64,000 nucleotides of DNA from a virus. The position numbers and the translations under genes are program-made. The notes under the pieces are model-generated. The model made no database searches. It was not told the origin of the DNA and saw only the letters and a program-made list of their open reading frames with translations. Below, piece after piece: positions 1 through 10,515 of this stretch (positions are counted from its first letter, which is position 1; each line of letters opens with the position of its first letter). The stretch spans positions 90,361 to 154,360 of the IMG/VR virus record IMGVR_UViG_3300042884_001120; one strand, 5' to 3'.

Positions 1-553
1 CGTTGTATTTATTTCCAACAGTATTAATTAAATTATTATTGTTAAAGAAGTTTTCGGCCATTGTTTTGGCCGCTGTAACTGCGTCCAAAGAATACGGCCC
101 CTTTAAACTAAAATTAATCGACTGCGAATAATTATCTTTATTTAAGTTACGATCAAACGTACTAGATTCCGAGAAGTTCTCCAAGTACTTGGAATAAGTA
201 AATATTAGTCCACCATAATCAGTTCCCAATAAACTAGAAAAATCCCCTTCTTCTGGAATGTCTATATTGACAGTGTAAGTTTTTGTTCTTACGTCATTAC
301 CATTGGCAAAACTAATACTTGTTATTGTACCAAGTCCAAAATCATTACCATTAATTACTATTGGTTGCCAATTTTCAGAATCTAGTTCAAAAGATTTTAA
401 ATCAGTAATAATGCCAGTAACACCATCAGAATTTGTCAGGTCTAATAATAAACCTTCTATAGCTAATTTTTTAACTGTTCTATAACGAACTGTATCTGAA
501 AAAAACTCAGAAGTTCTGGAAACAGAAAGTAATGTAGCATTATTAAAGTTCAT
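1..553 (-). CDS. tail protein downstream of tape measure (partial, runs off window)
   Basis: ATG at 553, 3 nt after the TMP stop; open frame MNFNNATLLSVSRTSEFF... to window edge; position typical of distal tail/hub protein. Confidence 0.6.
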   Translation of the reverse strand, partial: MNFNNATLLSVSRTSEFFSDTVRYRTVKKLAIEGLLLDLTNSDGVTGIITDLKSFELDSENWQPIVINGNDFGLGTITSISFANGNDVRTKTYTVNIDIPEEGDFSSLLGTDYGGLIFTYSKYLENFSESSTFDRNLNKDNYSQSINFSLKGPYSLDAVTAAKTMAENFFNNNNLINTVGNKYN

Positions 554-556
554 TTA

Positions 557-3500
557 TTAAGTGATGTTAAGACCAAGAACGTTGAAAAGAGGTTTTGGTT
601 TTTTGGGCGGCGGATTTAAACTTGGATCCTTAGTTACGGTTGCGGCTGCTATTGCCTCTACTTTGGCTAATCTTCCCTGTATAACATCAATAATTTCCTG
701 ATCAACACCTTGAAGCTCTTGTTGAATTTGTTGCCCCTGAGCTTGTGATGCGGCATTTATTGCGATTGTAATTGGAGAATTAAAACTAAGAGATGATTCG
801 CCCGCTTGTGCTTGAGTCATATTTCTTTGAGTTTCTTCTTTTTGTCTTTGTATAACATCCATTTCCCCCTGAGTACTTAGCATCATACCCTGATATGGAT
901 TTGCTAGAGGGGAACCCGGTAAGGTCTGAGCCCTTTGTGATTCAAGTGCGGCATCTGGCATTGTGAACCTTTCTCTATACATTTGGTTAGGTGCTGATTC
1001 TAGTAAATTACGCCCACCCATTAAAGCCGCACTATTCATGCCAACAGCTGGATTAAATATTGTTGACAAGTCTCCCCCTTTTTGTACTTCTTGTGCCGCC
1101 ATGCCCGGAAGCTGCGCACCTTGTCCAGCTAACCCTCCCAAAATACTTACCATATTAGAAAGATAGCCATTTGACATTCCTATCTGCGTTGTAAAAACAT
1201 CTCCTAGACTTCTTATTCCGTCTGGAATTTTATTGACCTCTTCTGTAGCCGCGCCGTATGTTGCCGATAAAGCAGCGCCTTCCGGACCTAGTTTGCTTAT
1301 TATATCAGATTGCTTGCCCCTAAGTTGTTCAACTCGCGCGCTTTGTATATTAGCATCAGTTGGCTTAAATGCTATACCAGCCTTAACCTTTGCCGCCTCC
1401 ATCAAGCCCTGTTCTGAAGTAAGCGCACCAGTGGTTTGCCTAACGGTTCTTGCAGCCATTGCTGGATCCAAACCAACTTTCGCTAAATTAGCCTCAATTG
1501 ACGCCTGTTGTTTTTGACCAATTTTAGCCATAGATTCTACCGCCATTTGATACATTGGATTGCTTGTGTCTATAGTGCCTCCTGTGGCTTGATAGGCTTT
1601 TATCCAATCGCTAGCGGCCTGTCCCCTTTGTTCGTCCGTAGCTGTCGTGTCTTTTTGTACGGCAATAAAATTATCTGTGGCCTCTGTAAATTTATCTGAC
1701 ACTGAATTGTCTCCCATTCCGCCATCGTTAAACATCTGATCCATCGTTCCACCCAATTTATCCATTTCCTGAATAGTTACTTTAATTAACTCGTCCAGAC
1801 GCTGAACAGTTTTGGTAGCAGCATCTTTTTGCGCAGCGAATAGTAATTTATTATTACTATTGAATGTTTCTCTAAGTTTATTAAGCTGCTCCTCATCTTT
1901 AACCCCATTTTCTTTTAATGCAGAAATCATTCCCTCAGTATCATATTGCTCTAATGGGCCCAAGGGCCCTTGTATTGTATTAGTTTTAACTGACCCAATT
2001 TTAGCAGATATATCTTGAATTTTTTTTGAAAAATCTTGATTGCCAGTCACTCCAGATAAGTCACCTAACTGACCTCTTATATCATTATACTGACTAAAAT
2101 CTTTAACTCCAGTGGCTGTTGGTATTGCTTTTTCGAACGCTGTATTCAAAGACTGTTTAATGGCCTCATCTATGTCTGCCGCAGATTTAGTTTGCTGTGC
2201 GCCAATAGTATCTTGATATATATTTTTTGTTTTAAGGTTTGATGCAGCTTTTTCAAACCCAAGTGCCTCTAAAATATCAACCTGTCCAGTTGATTTTGTT
2301 CTTTTAAAATCCGAAGCAAATTCTGCACCTGAAGTTGCAATGCTTGTTCTCGTTGCAATATCCATACTTGATATTACTTTTTTCAACTTGTTTTCAAAAT
2401 CTTGCAAGGCTTTTACGGCCGCCTGATTACGATCCACAAAACCCTTGGCCGTATTCCTAGCCCCATCTAGTCTTATTCTTTTTTCTTCTGAAATTGCCTT
2501 GGCTAAATCTTGTGCAAAACTCTGCCAAGAATTTCCAAACTGTTGTTCTAATTTTCCAGCTTGCTCCTCAGTAAGTCCTAGCGCACCTCTCAATTTACTT
2601 AAATCAATAGTTGCAGATGATAATTCATCACCCATTGCCTTAAGTTCAGCGTCAGTCTTTCCGCTAATAGCTTGCTTTGATATTTGCGCACCAAATTGTT
2701 CTTTATTAATTTTTCCGCCAATAGCGGCTTCAGCAATAGAAGTTGACTGAACTGCCGCTCCTTGTTTTGCTAGTCTATCACTTAAAGTTTTTAATACATC
2801 AGTTAGATTTTTTTGAGTTTTTGCGAAATCAAGACCACCAGCACTTATAGCCTTTTGTGCTTCTGGACTTGCATTACTTGCGATAGCTCTAATTTCTTTT
2901 TCTAACGCTACGGCCTCTCTAGAACCAGCATTACCACCTTGTCTTAATTCTTGCAGTTGTTCTAATTTTGGAAGTACAGCTTGAGTAACTTCGGCAAGCC
3001 TTGATTGCTCTTCCGATGTTTTTTTGGTGGATGCCTGCAATTCTGGAAGGTTTGTCCTCGACTCATTTAACGCTTTAGTCCAAGCAGTTAATCCGCCGAC
3101 AGCCAAACCAAGCGCCCCACCAATAGCGGTTCCGACAGGCCCTAAGGCGCTACCAACTAAAGCCCCAGTACCAGCGGCAGATAGGGCGGTTCCAATGCCA
3201 GTAACTGCGGCAGATTTAACTCTACCTTCTTTATTTGTGGTATCTATAGATGAGGCAACGGTTTCAGCTATAATCGGTGCAAAAGCCAACGCTGTTCCAG
3301 CAGCGCCAGCACCAGCCTGTAGCCTTGATGCGTTACGGGCGCCACGACTCAGTGTTTCGGCACCACCAGCTTGAATTGTTTTTAGTTTTGCGCGCCTGTC
3401 TTTAATTTCTTGGGCAAGCTGATTTCTTTCCTGCGTCTGTGTTGCGCTTAATTGTTTTGCCGCCTCACGCCTCTGGGAAATTTCTTCGGTAGTAACCTGT

Positions 3501-6346
3501 ATTAAAGCCGCTTTTCTTGTGGCAATTTCTTCTTGATACGAGCGCTTGACATTTGGAATTTGAAAAGCTAGTAGTGTTGCAAAACTTGTAAGTTGCGCGC
3601 CAACAGCTGTAACAGTTGAACTAATACTAGTACCATCTCCCTCTGCAAAATTTGGTATATATCCCTTTGCATAACCACGATTTGACATCGCGCGTTTATC
3701 GGCTGAGGTAGAGCCCTCGTCTCGCTTGTTAAACACGCCAACACCCATTGGATTACTAGAATTTACTAGCTCTGGATATTGTCTGGTATATATGCCGCTC
3801 TTCGGTACTCCAGCGCCAATTTCGCGTGATATTGATTCGTTTAAGGCATTTGCAAAGTTAGGAATATAGCCACTTGCAAATCCGGGCTTTCTTCTTGCTG
3901 GCTTACCGGGTGCTTTTCTTTTCGTTCGCTGTTCGGCACTGCTTCCAAGTATGGCATCTCTACCACCCCTTTCTTTAATAACTTTATCAGCAAAACTTAA
4001 AAGATTACCAGAAGATGCGGATACTTTAAAATCAGCAAGATTTCCAGCATAACCAAATAATTGTTTTAATTTATCAGCGTTTTGTCCACCCCTTACGTCA
4101 AAATCTCCCATATTTGCTGTAGATTTTGCCGCTATATAATCTAACGATTTAGATATAGCAACTTCAAACGCAGACCCAACAAAACCCTGTAAAGCGCCAT
4201 AAGCACCCCTAGACCCACCATCTTTTTCACTTAAAAAACTCTGACTCAGAACTGATTCATCAACACCCTGACCAAGTGGTTGTAAAGTTTTTATATAATC
4301 AGCAACTGTCTGTAATCCTTGTTTTTTTATCAACTCATTTAAATTACCAGCTGGTTTTACTGCGCCCTTTTTATATCCACGGACTGGTATATCCGTTACT
4401 AATATATCTCTATTATTTTTTCCAACTGAACTTGCGTTCGGAAATGTTCCATATTCTGGAACTAACACGCTTGCATTAGAGTTTATACTAGTTTTTGCAT
4501 TAGATTCTGCAAAATTAGGAATATATCCACGACCATACATTGGAATAACAGCAGAATCACCATTTTTACCAAATCTTGGTATTTCCACTTCTTCACTATT
4601 CTTAATAAATTTCTTACCACCAATAGTTCCTCTACTTAATTGCGCCCTTGGGTTTTTAGCACCTAATGCTTTAGCTTGCGCTTCTTCCATTGCGTACTGA
4701 TCAGCAAAATTTGGAATATAACCAGCGGCTTTCGTAGTTACTGGGACTTGACTGCCCTTTGGAACTCTAACACCAGCGCCAAATAAATTTTTTGATATTT
4801 GGGAAGTTAATGCGGCCTGTTGCTGCATTTGTGTAGTTTGTTGCTGAAGAACTGTTAATAAAACCTGAGAAGCCTGATTGACACTCATTGCCCCACTCGC
4901 CATTTGTTGATACAGCTGTGGATTTTTTGCTAATATTGCAGAAATACTAGCTTGAATACCTTGCTGTTGAGATGCCGTTGCGTTTAAACCTAGCAACTCC
5001 TTCACACTTCCTGCTGAAAATTTTGCGAAGTCTCCAAAAAGTTTTAACAAAACACCACCAACAAGTGCCAAACCGGGACCAGCGATAATATCTCCTAGCC
5101 CCTTTAAGATGCCATTTCCAATTTTGCCGCCAACACTTTCGCTATCTACATTATTTAAAGACTCTAATAAACTATTTCCTCCACCAACTAAATTTTCTAG
5201 CGCTGGGCCAAAAAGAGACTCTCCAGATTTTGCGGCAAACTGGGTTGCATTTTGCTTTAGGGCGTTAACTTGCGCAGCTAAAGTTTTGTTTAATTGATCA
5301 TTTCTTGTAATCGCCTCGTTTGTCGCAGTAGAAGATATTTGAACTGCGTTATTATAAACAGAATACTCTTTACCCAAATCAGATAGGGCAGCTTTTAAAA
5401 TGTTAATCTGGAAAACACCACCGACAGCTTCAGCAACCGAAGCCTGTTGTTGAGAGCCAAGAGTATCATAAACCTTTCCAAGATCTTTTAATAAATCAAT
5501 AGTTGATCTTAGTTGTCCACTAGCATCCGTAGTTTCGATACCGAGACTACCAAGTAAGTCAACAACCTTACCACGCTGAAGCCTTGTAAAAATTGTCTTA
5601 AACGAGTTACCAATAACTGCACCACCACGGGCAGTTGTCTGCTGTGCAGAGGTAACCAAACCAATAAGTTCATCTAACTGAACACCAGATTGAGAAGCAC
5701 TGCTACCAACACGACTAATTGCTTCTGCCAAGTCAGCGGAACTAACCGCGAACGCCGCATCAACTGTTGCAAACTTATTAACTATTTGCGTTGCAGTTAC
5801 AGACTGAGAGGCGAAACTGTTAACAGCTGCCGTTAATGCCTCAACGCTCTTTACTGTATCTAAACCGCTTAATCTTGCTAAAATCAGGGCCTCGCTTGTA
5901 CGTTTTAGCGTCTCCTCTACACCAAGGCCCTGACGTGAAAATTCTGTAGCGGCCTTTGCGACTTCCGCAAACGACTGGCCGGTATTTTTTGCAACATTAA
6001 AAAGAGAATCGCCAAATTTAGCTATTTGTTTATCAGATACATTTAAAATTACATTAATATCTGCAAGAGATTTCTCTACTTCAATCGTAGATGTTATTAA
6101 TGATTCGAAAGCCTTATTTAAACCATATAAAATAGTTGCACTAGCACCGAAAGCAACAACACGCGCGTTTGCCGCATCCAAGGATTTATTAAATTCAGAA
6201 AGCTGTCCAGTAATTCTACCTAATGGCTGGTTGCCCTTAGTGCTTAAATTTAAATTAAGATTATACTGTTGATTAACTAGTTTTTGTATCGCAGCATATG
6301 CTGGAGATACATTAGCATTAATATTAACTGTTGCTTGTGCGGGCAT
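557..6346 (-). CDS. tail tape measure protein
   Basis: 1929 aa, Ala/Gln/Lys-rich helical; N-terminal TP901-like core (FAVSSADLAEAISRVG...IGNSFKTIFTRL); follows tail tube and chaperone genes. Confidence 0.9.
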   Translation of the reverse strand: MPAQATVNINANVSPAYAAIQKLVNQQYNLNLNLSTKGNQPLGRITGQLSEFNKSLDAANARVVAFGASATILYGLNKAFESLITSTIEVEKSLADINVILNVSDKQIAKFGDSLFNVAKNTGQSFAEVAKAATEFSRQGLGVEETLKRTSEALILARLSGLDTVKSVEALTAAVNSFASQSVTATQIVNKFATVDAAFAVSSADLAEAISRVGSSASQSGVQLDELIGLVTSAQQTTARGGAVIGNSFKTIFTRLQRGKVVDLLGSLGIETTDASGQLRSTIDLLKDLGKVYDTLGSQQQASVAEAVGGVFQINILKAALSDLGKEYSVYNNAVQISSTATNEAITRNDQLNKTLAAQVNALKQNATQFAAKSGESLFGPALENLVGGGNSLLESLNNVDSESVGGKIGNGILKGLGDIIAGPGLALVGGVLLKLFGDFAKFSAGSVKELLGLNATASQQQGIQASISAILAKNPQLYQQMASGAMSVNQASQVLLTVLQQQTTQMQQQAALTSQISKNLFGAGVRVPKGSQVPVTTKAAGYIPNFADQYAMEEAQAKALGAKNPRAQLSRGTIGGKKFIKNSEEVEIPRFGKNGDSAVIPMYGRGYIPNFAESNAKTSINSNASVLVPEYGTFPNASSVGKNNRDILVTDIPVRGYKKGAVKPAGNLNELIKKQGLQTVADYIKTLQPLGQGVDESVLSQSFLSEKDGGSRGAYGALQGFVGSAFEVAISKSLDYIAAKSTANMGDFDVRGGQNADKLKQLFGYAGNLADFKVSASSGNLLSFADKVIKERGGRDAILGSSAEQRTKRKAPGKPARRKPGFASGYIPNFANALNESISREIGAGVPKSGIYTRQYPELVNSSNPMGVGVFNKRDEGSTSADKRAMSNRGYAKGYIPNFAEGDGTSISSTVTAVGAQLTSFATLLAFQIPNVKRSYQEEIATRKAALIQVTTEEISQRREAAKQLSATQTQERNQLAQEIKDRRAKLKTIQAGGAETLSRGARNASRLQAGAGAAGTALAFAPIIAETVASSIDTTNKEGRVKSAAVTGIGTALSAAGTGALVGSALGPVGTAIGGALGLAVGGLTAWTKALNESRTNLPELQASTKKTSEEQSRLAEVTQAVLPKLEQLQELRQGGNAGSREAVALEKEIRAIASNASPEAQKAISAGGLDFAKTQKNLTDVLKTLSDRLAKQGAAVQSTSIAEAAIGGKINKEQFGAQISKQAISGKTDAELKAMGDELSSATIDLSKLRGALGLTEEQAGKLEQQFGNSWQSFAQDLAKAISEEKRIRLDGARNTAKGFVDRNQAAVKALQDFENKLKKVISSMDIATRTSIATSGAEFASDFKRTKSTGQVDILEALGFEKAASNLKTKNIYQDTIGAQQTKSAADIDEAIKQSLNTAFEKAIPTATGVKDFSQYNDIRGQLGDLSGVTGNQDFSKKIQDISAKIGSVKTNTIQGPLGPLEQYDTEGMISALKENGVKDEEQLNKLRETFNSNNKLLFAAQKDAATKTVQRLDELIKVTIQEMDKLGGTMDQMFNDGGMGDNSVSDKFTEATDNFIAVQKDTTATDEQRGQAASDWIKAYQATGGTIDTSNPMYQMAVESMAKIGQKQQASIEANLAKVGLDPAMAARTVRQTTGALTSEQGLMEAAKVKAGIAFKPTDANIQSARVEQLRGKQSDIISKLGPEGAALSATYGAATEEVNKIPDGIRSLGDVFTTQIGMSNGYLSNMVSILGGLAGQGAQLPGMAAQEVQKGGDLSTIFNPAVGMNSAALMGGRNLLESAPNQMYRERFTMPDAALESQRAQTLPGSPLANPYQGMMLSTQGEMDVIQRQKEETQRNMTQAQAGESSLSFNSPITIAINAASQAQGQQIQQELQGVDQEIIDVIQGRLAKVEAIAAATVTKDPSLNPPPKKPKPLFNVLGLNIT

Positions 6347-6385
6347 ACCTTGTTCCGAGTATTTTTACTCACACTTATTTACACT

Positions 6386-7405
6386 TTACAACTTATCGCG
6401 CGCATTAAGATATTCGGATTTTTCGAGTGTACCGCCACTTTCTTCGGCCAACTGTAATAAACTTTTGCCGCCAATTTTTTCAACCTTTACTCCCAAGTCC
6501 TTTAAATCTGATTGCGTGGCGCCAACATGACCAGTTACTCTGGTAGAACTATTTTTTAAGTTTTGTTTACTTTTTGCGCTAGAACCACTAGATTGTGAAT
6601 CCACCCAAGACACAAGCCTTTCTGGATCAGACAGTATTTCATCATTGATCGGTTTGCCACCCTCAGCAGAATTTTGTATTATATTTTTAAACATTTTACC
6701 ATAAATAAGTAAATCTATTTGATACTTTGTACAAAGAGCCGTCGCCTTACCCCAAAAATTCATGGGAATACAGTCTGTAATATAAATTAAATTTTGAAAA
6801 AACATACAAGCAGATACTAACCTGATATTTTCTAGACTTAATCTTGATATATGTCCATTAAAACCCGTCCGTATATCCTCCACAACGTCTTCAGATAAAT
6901 AATAATAATCATTCTCTGACTCGAACACCCTTTCTGTCAAACCTTCGTTTTTATAGGTTAATTTCAAGATTGTTTCATCATAAAATTTATCGTTAGCATA
7001 CTTCTCCAAAGTATAGCCCACAACCTCATTTCTTTGCTTATGATAAGTAAGTAAGACCCTCTCATTTCTAACTATCTGTTTTTGAATATCTTCTTTTTGC
7101 GATTTATATAATAACTTTTCTTTTGTTTTATGTAGGTTTTTAACAGTCTTTTTTAAGAAATCTATGGTAACTTCGTTTTGTGACGACCACCACCCTTCAG
7201 CAATAGCTCTTTCTAACTTCTCCGCTTCTGTCTCTAGGCCACGATTTTTTGCATCTTGATATATTATATCATACCTATCATATATACTAAAGTGCTCGGC
7301 TTGACTTGGGTGTTTAAAGAAATAGTCTATACCATTTATCGTTTTCTTGGAAAACCCACAGGCTATTTCATTATAAATCCTGCCGTACTCTGTAGATTTA
7401 TCCAC
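6386..7405 (-). CDS. putative tail assembly chaperone-like protein
   Basis: 339-aa ORF directly upstream of TMP; function from synteny only. Confidence 0.45.
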   Translation of the reverse strand: MDKSTEYGRIYNEIACGFSKKTINGIDYFFKHPSQAEHFSIYDRYDIIYQDAKNRGLETEAEKLERAIAEGWWSSQNEVTIDFLKKTVKNLHKTKEKLLYKSQKEDIQKQIVRNERVLLTYHKQRNEVVGYTLEKYANDKFYDETILKLTYKNEGLTERVFESENDYYYLSEDVVEDIRTGFNGHISRLSLENIRLVSACMFFQNLIYITDCIPMNFWGKATALCTKYQIDLLIYGKMFKNIIQNSAEGGKPINDEILSDPERLVSWVDSQSSGSSAKSKQNLKNSSTRVTGHVGATQSDLKDLGVKVEKIGGKSLLQLAEESGGTLEKSEYLNARDKL

Positions 7406-7410
7406 ATCGC

Positions 7411-8172
7411 TTAAGAGTTACCTTCAGGGGTGGTATTTTCCAACTCCTTAGTTTCGGTTTTATCTGGCTGTTTATTAGCGGCCTCATCTAGTTGCTTGAA
7501 GTCTTCTTCGGTTTCTGCGCGGCCTAGGAACCATAAAGTAATTAGGTAAGAAACACGTCTAATTGATGATTGTAATGCCTCGTCGTCGGACTCTTCAATC
7601 TCATCATATCTATCAAGATTTTCATCTAACGTATTCTTGTCAAAGAATTTAGCAAAATCAGTGCCCTTTTCTTGATAAAGTAGATTTGTAATCCACCATA
7701 GGATAGTGCGATTTCTAGCCTTTGCTTCGGCAGTGTTTTCAAAAATATTAATCTGCGCGCTTTCAAAAGATTGAATTTGCCTTCTAACCTCATCTAATTC
7801 TGTTGTTAGTTTATTTAATAATTGCTTGTCTTCTTCCGTACGAACACCATCGGTCTTAATCAAAAGAGACTGAATGTCAAAAGTCTTATCACGAAATGCG
7901 GTTAATAGTTCTCCATATACTTCCCTATCTTGCTCGCTTATGCTTCCACCACCATTTGACAAAATTGTATTCCAAGCGGCCTTTGGTAAAACGCCAGCTT
8001 TTGCAAACCTAGAAACTTCACTAGCAAAAAATAATTCGCCATCCTCACGCAGTCTCCTATTTGGTTTAAGTAGAGCAAAATTTAAAACTTCCTTATTAGA
8101 GGTTCCGTCCGAGTTTTTTACTTCTTTTTCGGTACTAAATTTATAATACCATTTCTTGTTATTTTGTTGCAT
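7411..8172 (-). CDS. putative tail assembly chaperone-like protein
   Basis: 253-aa acidic coiled-coil ORF between tail tube and TMP; synteny. Confidence 0.45.
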   Translation of the reverse strand: MQQNNKKWYYKFSTEKEVKNSDGTSNKEVLNFALLKPNRRLREDGELFFASEVSRFAKAGVLPKAAWNTILSNGGGSISEQDREVYGELLTAFRDKTFDIQSLLIKTDGVRTEEDKQLLNKLTTELDEVRRQIQSFESAQINIFENTAEAKARNRTILWWITNLLYQEKGTDFAKFFDKNTLDENLDRYDEIEESDDEALQSSIRRVSYLITLWFLGRAETEEDFKQLDEAANKQPDKTETKELENTTPEGNS

Positions 8173-8180
8173 ATAATATA

Positions 8181-8405
8181 TTATTTCTGCTTGAATGTGA
8201 AATCAAAATTATCTAACTGTTCTTCCATATTACGAATGCAGTTATTTCCATAATCTAATATACGCTTTCTGGTATATTGAAAATCTTCTTCACTTATCTT
8301 ATCTTTATTTTTTAAATCTTCTATTGTGTATAGAAGTGACAAGTAAAGTTTCTTAACCTCACGTGAGGTCGCGCCAATGACAAAATTATTAATATCAAAA
8401 CTCAT
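8181..8405 (-). CDS. hypothetical protein
   Basis: 74-aa ORF, AAGG upstream, preceded by GTGTAA motif. Confidence 0.6.
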   Translation of the reverse strand: MSFDINNFVIGATSREVKKLYLSLLYTIEDLKNKDKISEEDFQYTRKRILDYGNNCIRNMEEQLDNFDFTFKQK

Positions 8406-8451
8406 CCTTTTACCTTTGTTACCTTATTATACCAAATATAATTACACCTAT

Positions 8452-8487
8452 AAAAAAATAATGGGCACCTTTTACGGTGCCCATTAT
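8452..8487 (-). terminator. intrinsic terminator after tail tube gene
   Basis: ATAATGGGCACC/GGTGCCCATTAT hairpin followed by T-tract on the minus strand. Confidence 0.8.
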
Positions 8488-8510
8488 AATTATAGTTTAA
8501 TTTTTATTAA

Positions 8511-9602
8511 TTAAAGGTAACTTCCAGAGATGAAAACGCCCCTATTTAAGTCTTGAGGACCACCAATCTGCACCTGATACTCTGCACTAAATGTGGCATT
8601 ATCACCAATCGAAGTGGAAATTGATTGAGAATTTACTTTAGCTCCCTTTAGGGTATAAGCTAGAGAAGGTGTCCCCAAAGCTCCACATGCTGGCTTTCTC
8701 ATAATAACAGATAAGTCAAAAGTTCCAGTCTGACAGATCATATCTGCTAAATTACCATCCTGTAAATCTCCAAGAATTGCTTCTACAGAAAGAGTAGCCT
8801 GTACTGGGAAATCAATTTCACGAGAGAAGGCGAATCTATTACCCAGTTTCTGTAATGGAGTTCTACCTAGGTCAAAGGCTAATGAAAAACTCTGAACCTT
8901 TAAGTCGTCGATATTAACACCAGTTAAACCATCAATATTTAAAGTAATATCTCCGGGCTGTAGTGCTGTTACTTGTGAGGCATTATCATTAGTGCTTGCA
9001 ACTGGCAACTTGAAAAACGATCCTGTAACTGGCTGACCATTAGCTGCATTAATAGCTGGAATTACAGTTGATGCAGTAATATCTGAATAAACTCTAATAT
9101 TTAGGGCCTCTAAGTCAACACTGGTAGTTGGGATATCACCCACGGCACCTTCTACGGAATAGGAGGTAATGAAAGCATTTCCAACACCTATAACTCCACT
9201 GCGTGTTCCAGCATACCCAACGGCATCATTTCCTTCGTCAGCAATCAAGAGGAAGTAATTCTTTTCGTCACTTGTCTTGTTCAAGATACCCGATAAGCAA
9301 GAAACTGCTGTCTGCGAACCGGTTGTTACAGTTAATCCAAGATATTTTTCATTACTGCCATCTGTAGGATAGTAACTGAAACTAGAACTTACGGTTGGTG
9401 CTTCAACTTCAACACGGTCTATAGCAGCAAGATTTCCATATTGGTTAACATCAGTGAAGTTTCTTGAAAAGTCTTCATCAAAAGATTGAACACGAGTTAG
9501 TTGCTTGATAGTACCAACTCCAGTATGTTGACCTGTAGCGCTACCAGTAACTTGCCCCGCAAAGAGTGATAACACATTATATATTGTACGATTTCTTGGC
9601 AT
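8511..9602 (-). CDS. major tail (tube) protein
   Basis: 363 aa, Ser/Thr/Gly-rich beta protein with apparent internal duplication (RVQSFDEDF / KVQSFSLAF); own promoter motif and terminator; synteny. Confidence 0.7.
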   Translation of the reverse strand: MPRNRTIYNVLSLFAGQVTGSATGQHTGVGTIKQLTRVQSFDEDFSRNFTDVNQYGNLAAIDRVEVEAPTVSSSFSYYPTDGSNEKYLGLTVTTGSQTAVSCLSGILNKTSDEKNYFLLIADEGNDAVGYAGTRSGVIGVGNAFITSYSVEGAVGDIPTTSVDLEALNIRVYSDITASTVIPAINAANGQPVTGSFFKLPVASTNDNASQVTALQPGDITLNIDGLTGVNIDDLKVQSFSLAFDLGRTPLQKLGNRFAFSREIDFPVQATLSVEAILGDLQDGNLADMICQTGTFDLSVIMRKPACGALGTPSLAYTLKGAKVNSQSISTSIGDNATFSAEYQVQIGGPQDLNRGVFISGSYL

Positions 9603-9660
9603 AAAGTTTTAAAAGGTTACTATTAATTACATTCATCTACCTAAAATAGACACTATAGAA

Positions 9661-10515
9661 TTAATTAAATCTTGGGGTTCTTACGTCAGATAGCTCGAAG
9701 TCAACGATTGCCGCCACTAACTTGCTATTCATTTTTTTATTTTCTGTTTCAGACAATCTAGAAACAGTCACCCTATCCACGTAAACCCAATCATTTTGTC
9801 CAGTACATAAATCAAAATAATTATAACTAGATAATCCAGATTTTAAATCTCCATATATATTATATGGTAATTTTTGCGGTGATACTAGTGGGAATGTTTT
9901 TCTAGCACTATCCGCCATAATAGAAATTGCACCATCTAGCGAATATATGTTCTCCGCCAAAATAACACACCTCATAGAACTCATCGTATTATCCTGCCCA
10001 CCAAAAGCAAATGGTTTATTTTGAATACTTGTATTCTTAAAGAATATACAGGGATATGGATCATCATTCCAAGCTAATGCACCAGTAACTCTAGTTACTT
10101 TTGGCATTGGATCATATCTTTTTTCAAATAGTAAGTTTTCTTCTTTTTCATCTGTATAGTACAGATTGAATTCCTTAAAAGAATAGGCAATAGATAAGTT
10201 TTGTAAATTTTGAGATACCGTATTATTAAATAACACTCTTCCTCTATTAAAATCTAAAGCAGTTCCACTTATCCCCCTAGGAATAAAAGTGCCATTTGAA
10301 AAAACGCCGCTAGGAATCAATGCGTTCTGTACACTAGTGTCTAGAACCCACTGCTTAAAAGGTGAGCCATAAATTGTATTTTGTGAAAAAGTTGGGTCTT
10401 GAGATAAATATAACTTACCACTAAAATTCTGAAAGGCCTCTCCCTTATAAAGCATTTCATGGTCTAACCATAAATAAAAACTAGATGTTAAACTATTTAA
10501 ATAAGTAGGTTTCAT
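9661..10515 (-). CDS. putative tail terminator/neck protein
   Basis: 284 aa, immediately upstream of tail tube; synteny. Confidence 0.45.
   Translation of the reverse strand: MKPTYLNSLTSSFYLWLDHEMLYKGEAFQNFSGKLYLSQDPTFSQNTIYGSPFKQWVLDTSVQNALIPSGVFSNGTFIPRGISGTALDFNRGRVLFNNTVSQNLQNLSIAYSFKEFNLYYTDEKEENLLFEKRYDPMPKVTRVTGALAWNDDPYPCIFFKNTSIQNKPFAFGGQDNTMSSMRCVILAENIYSLDGAISIMADSARKTFPLVSPQKLPYNIYGDLKSGLSSYNYFDLCTGQNDWVYVDRVTVSRLSETENKKMNSKLVAAIVDFELSDVRTPRFN

Noticed and set aside
7405-7440. Programmed frameshift between tail chaperone genes
   Set aside because: No XXXYYYZ slippery heptamer seen near the end of 7411..8172; the downstream gene has its own start
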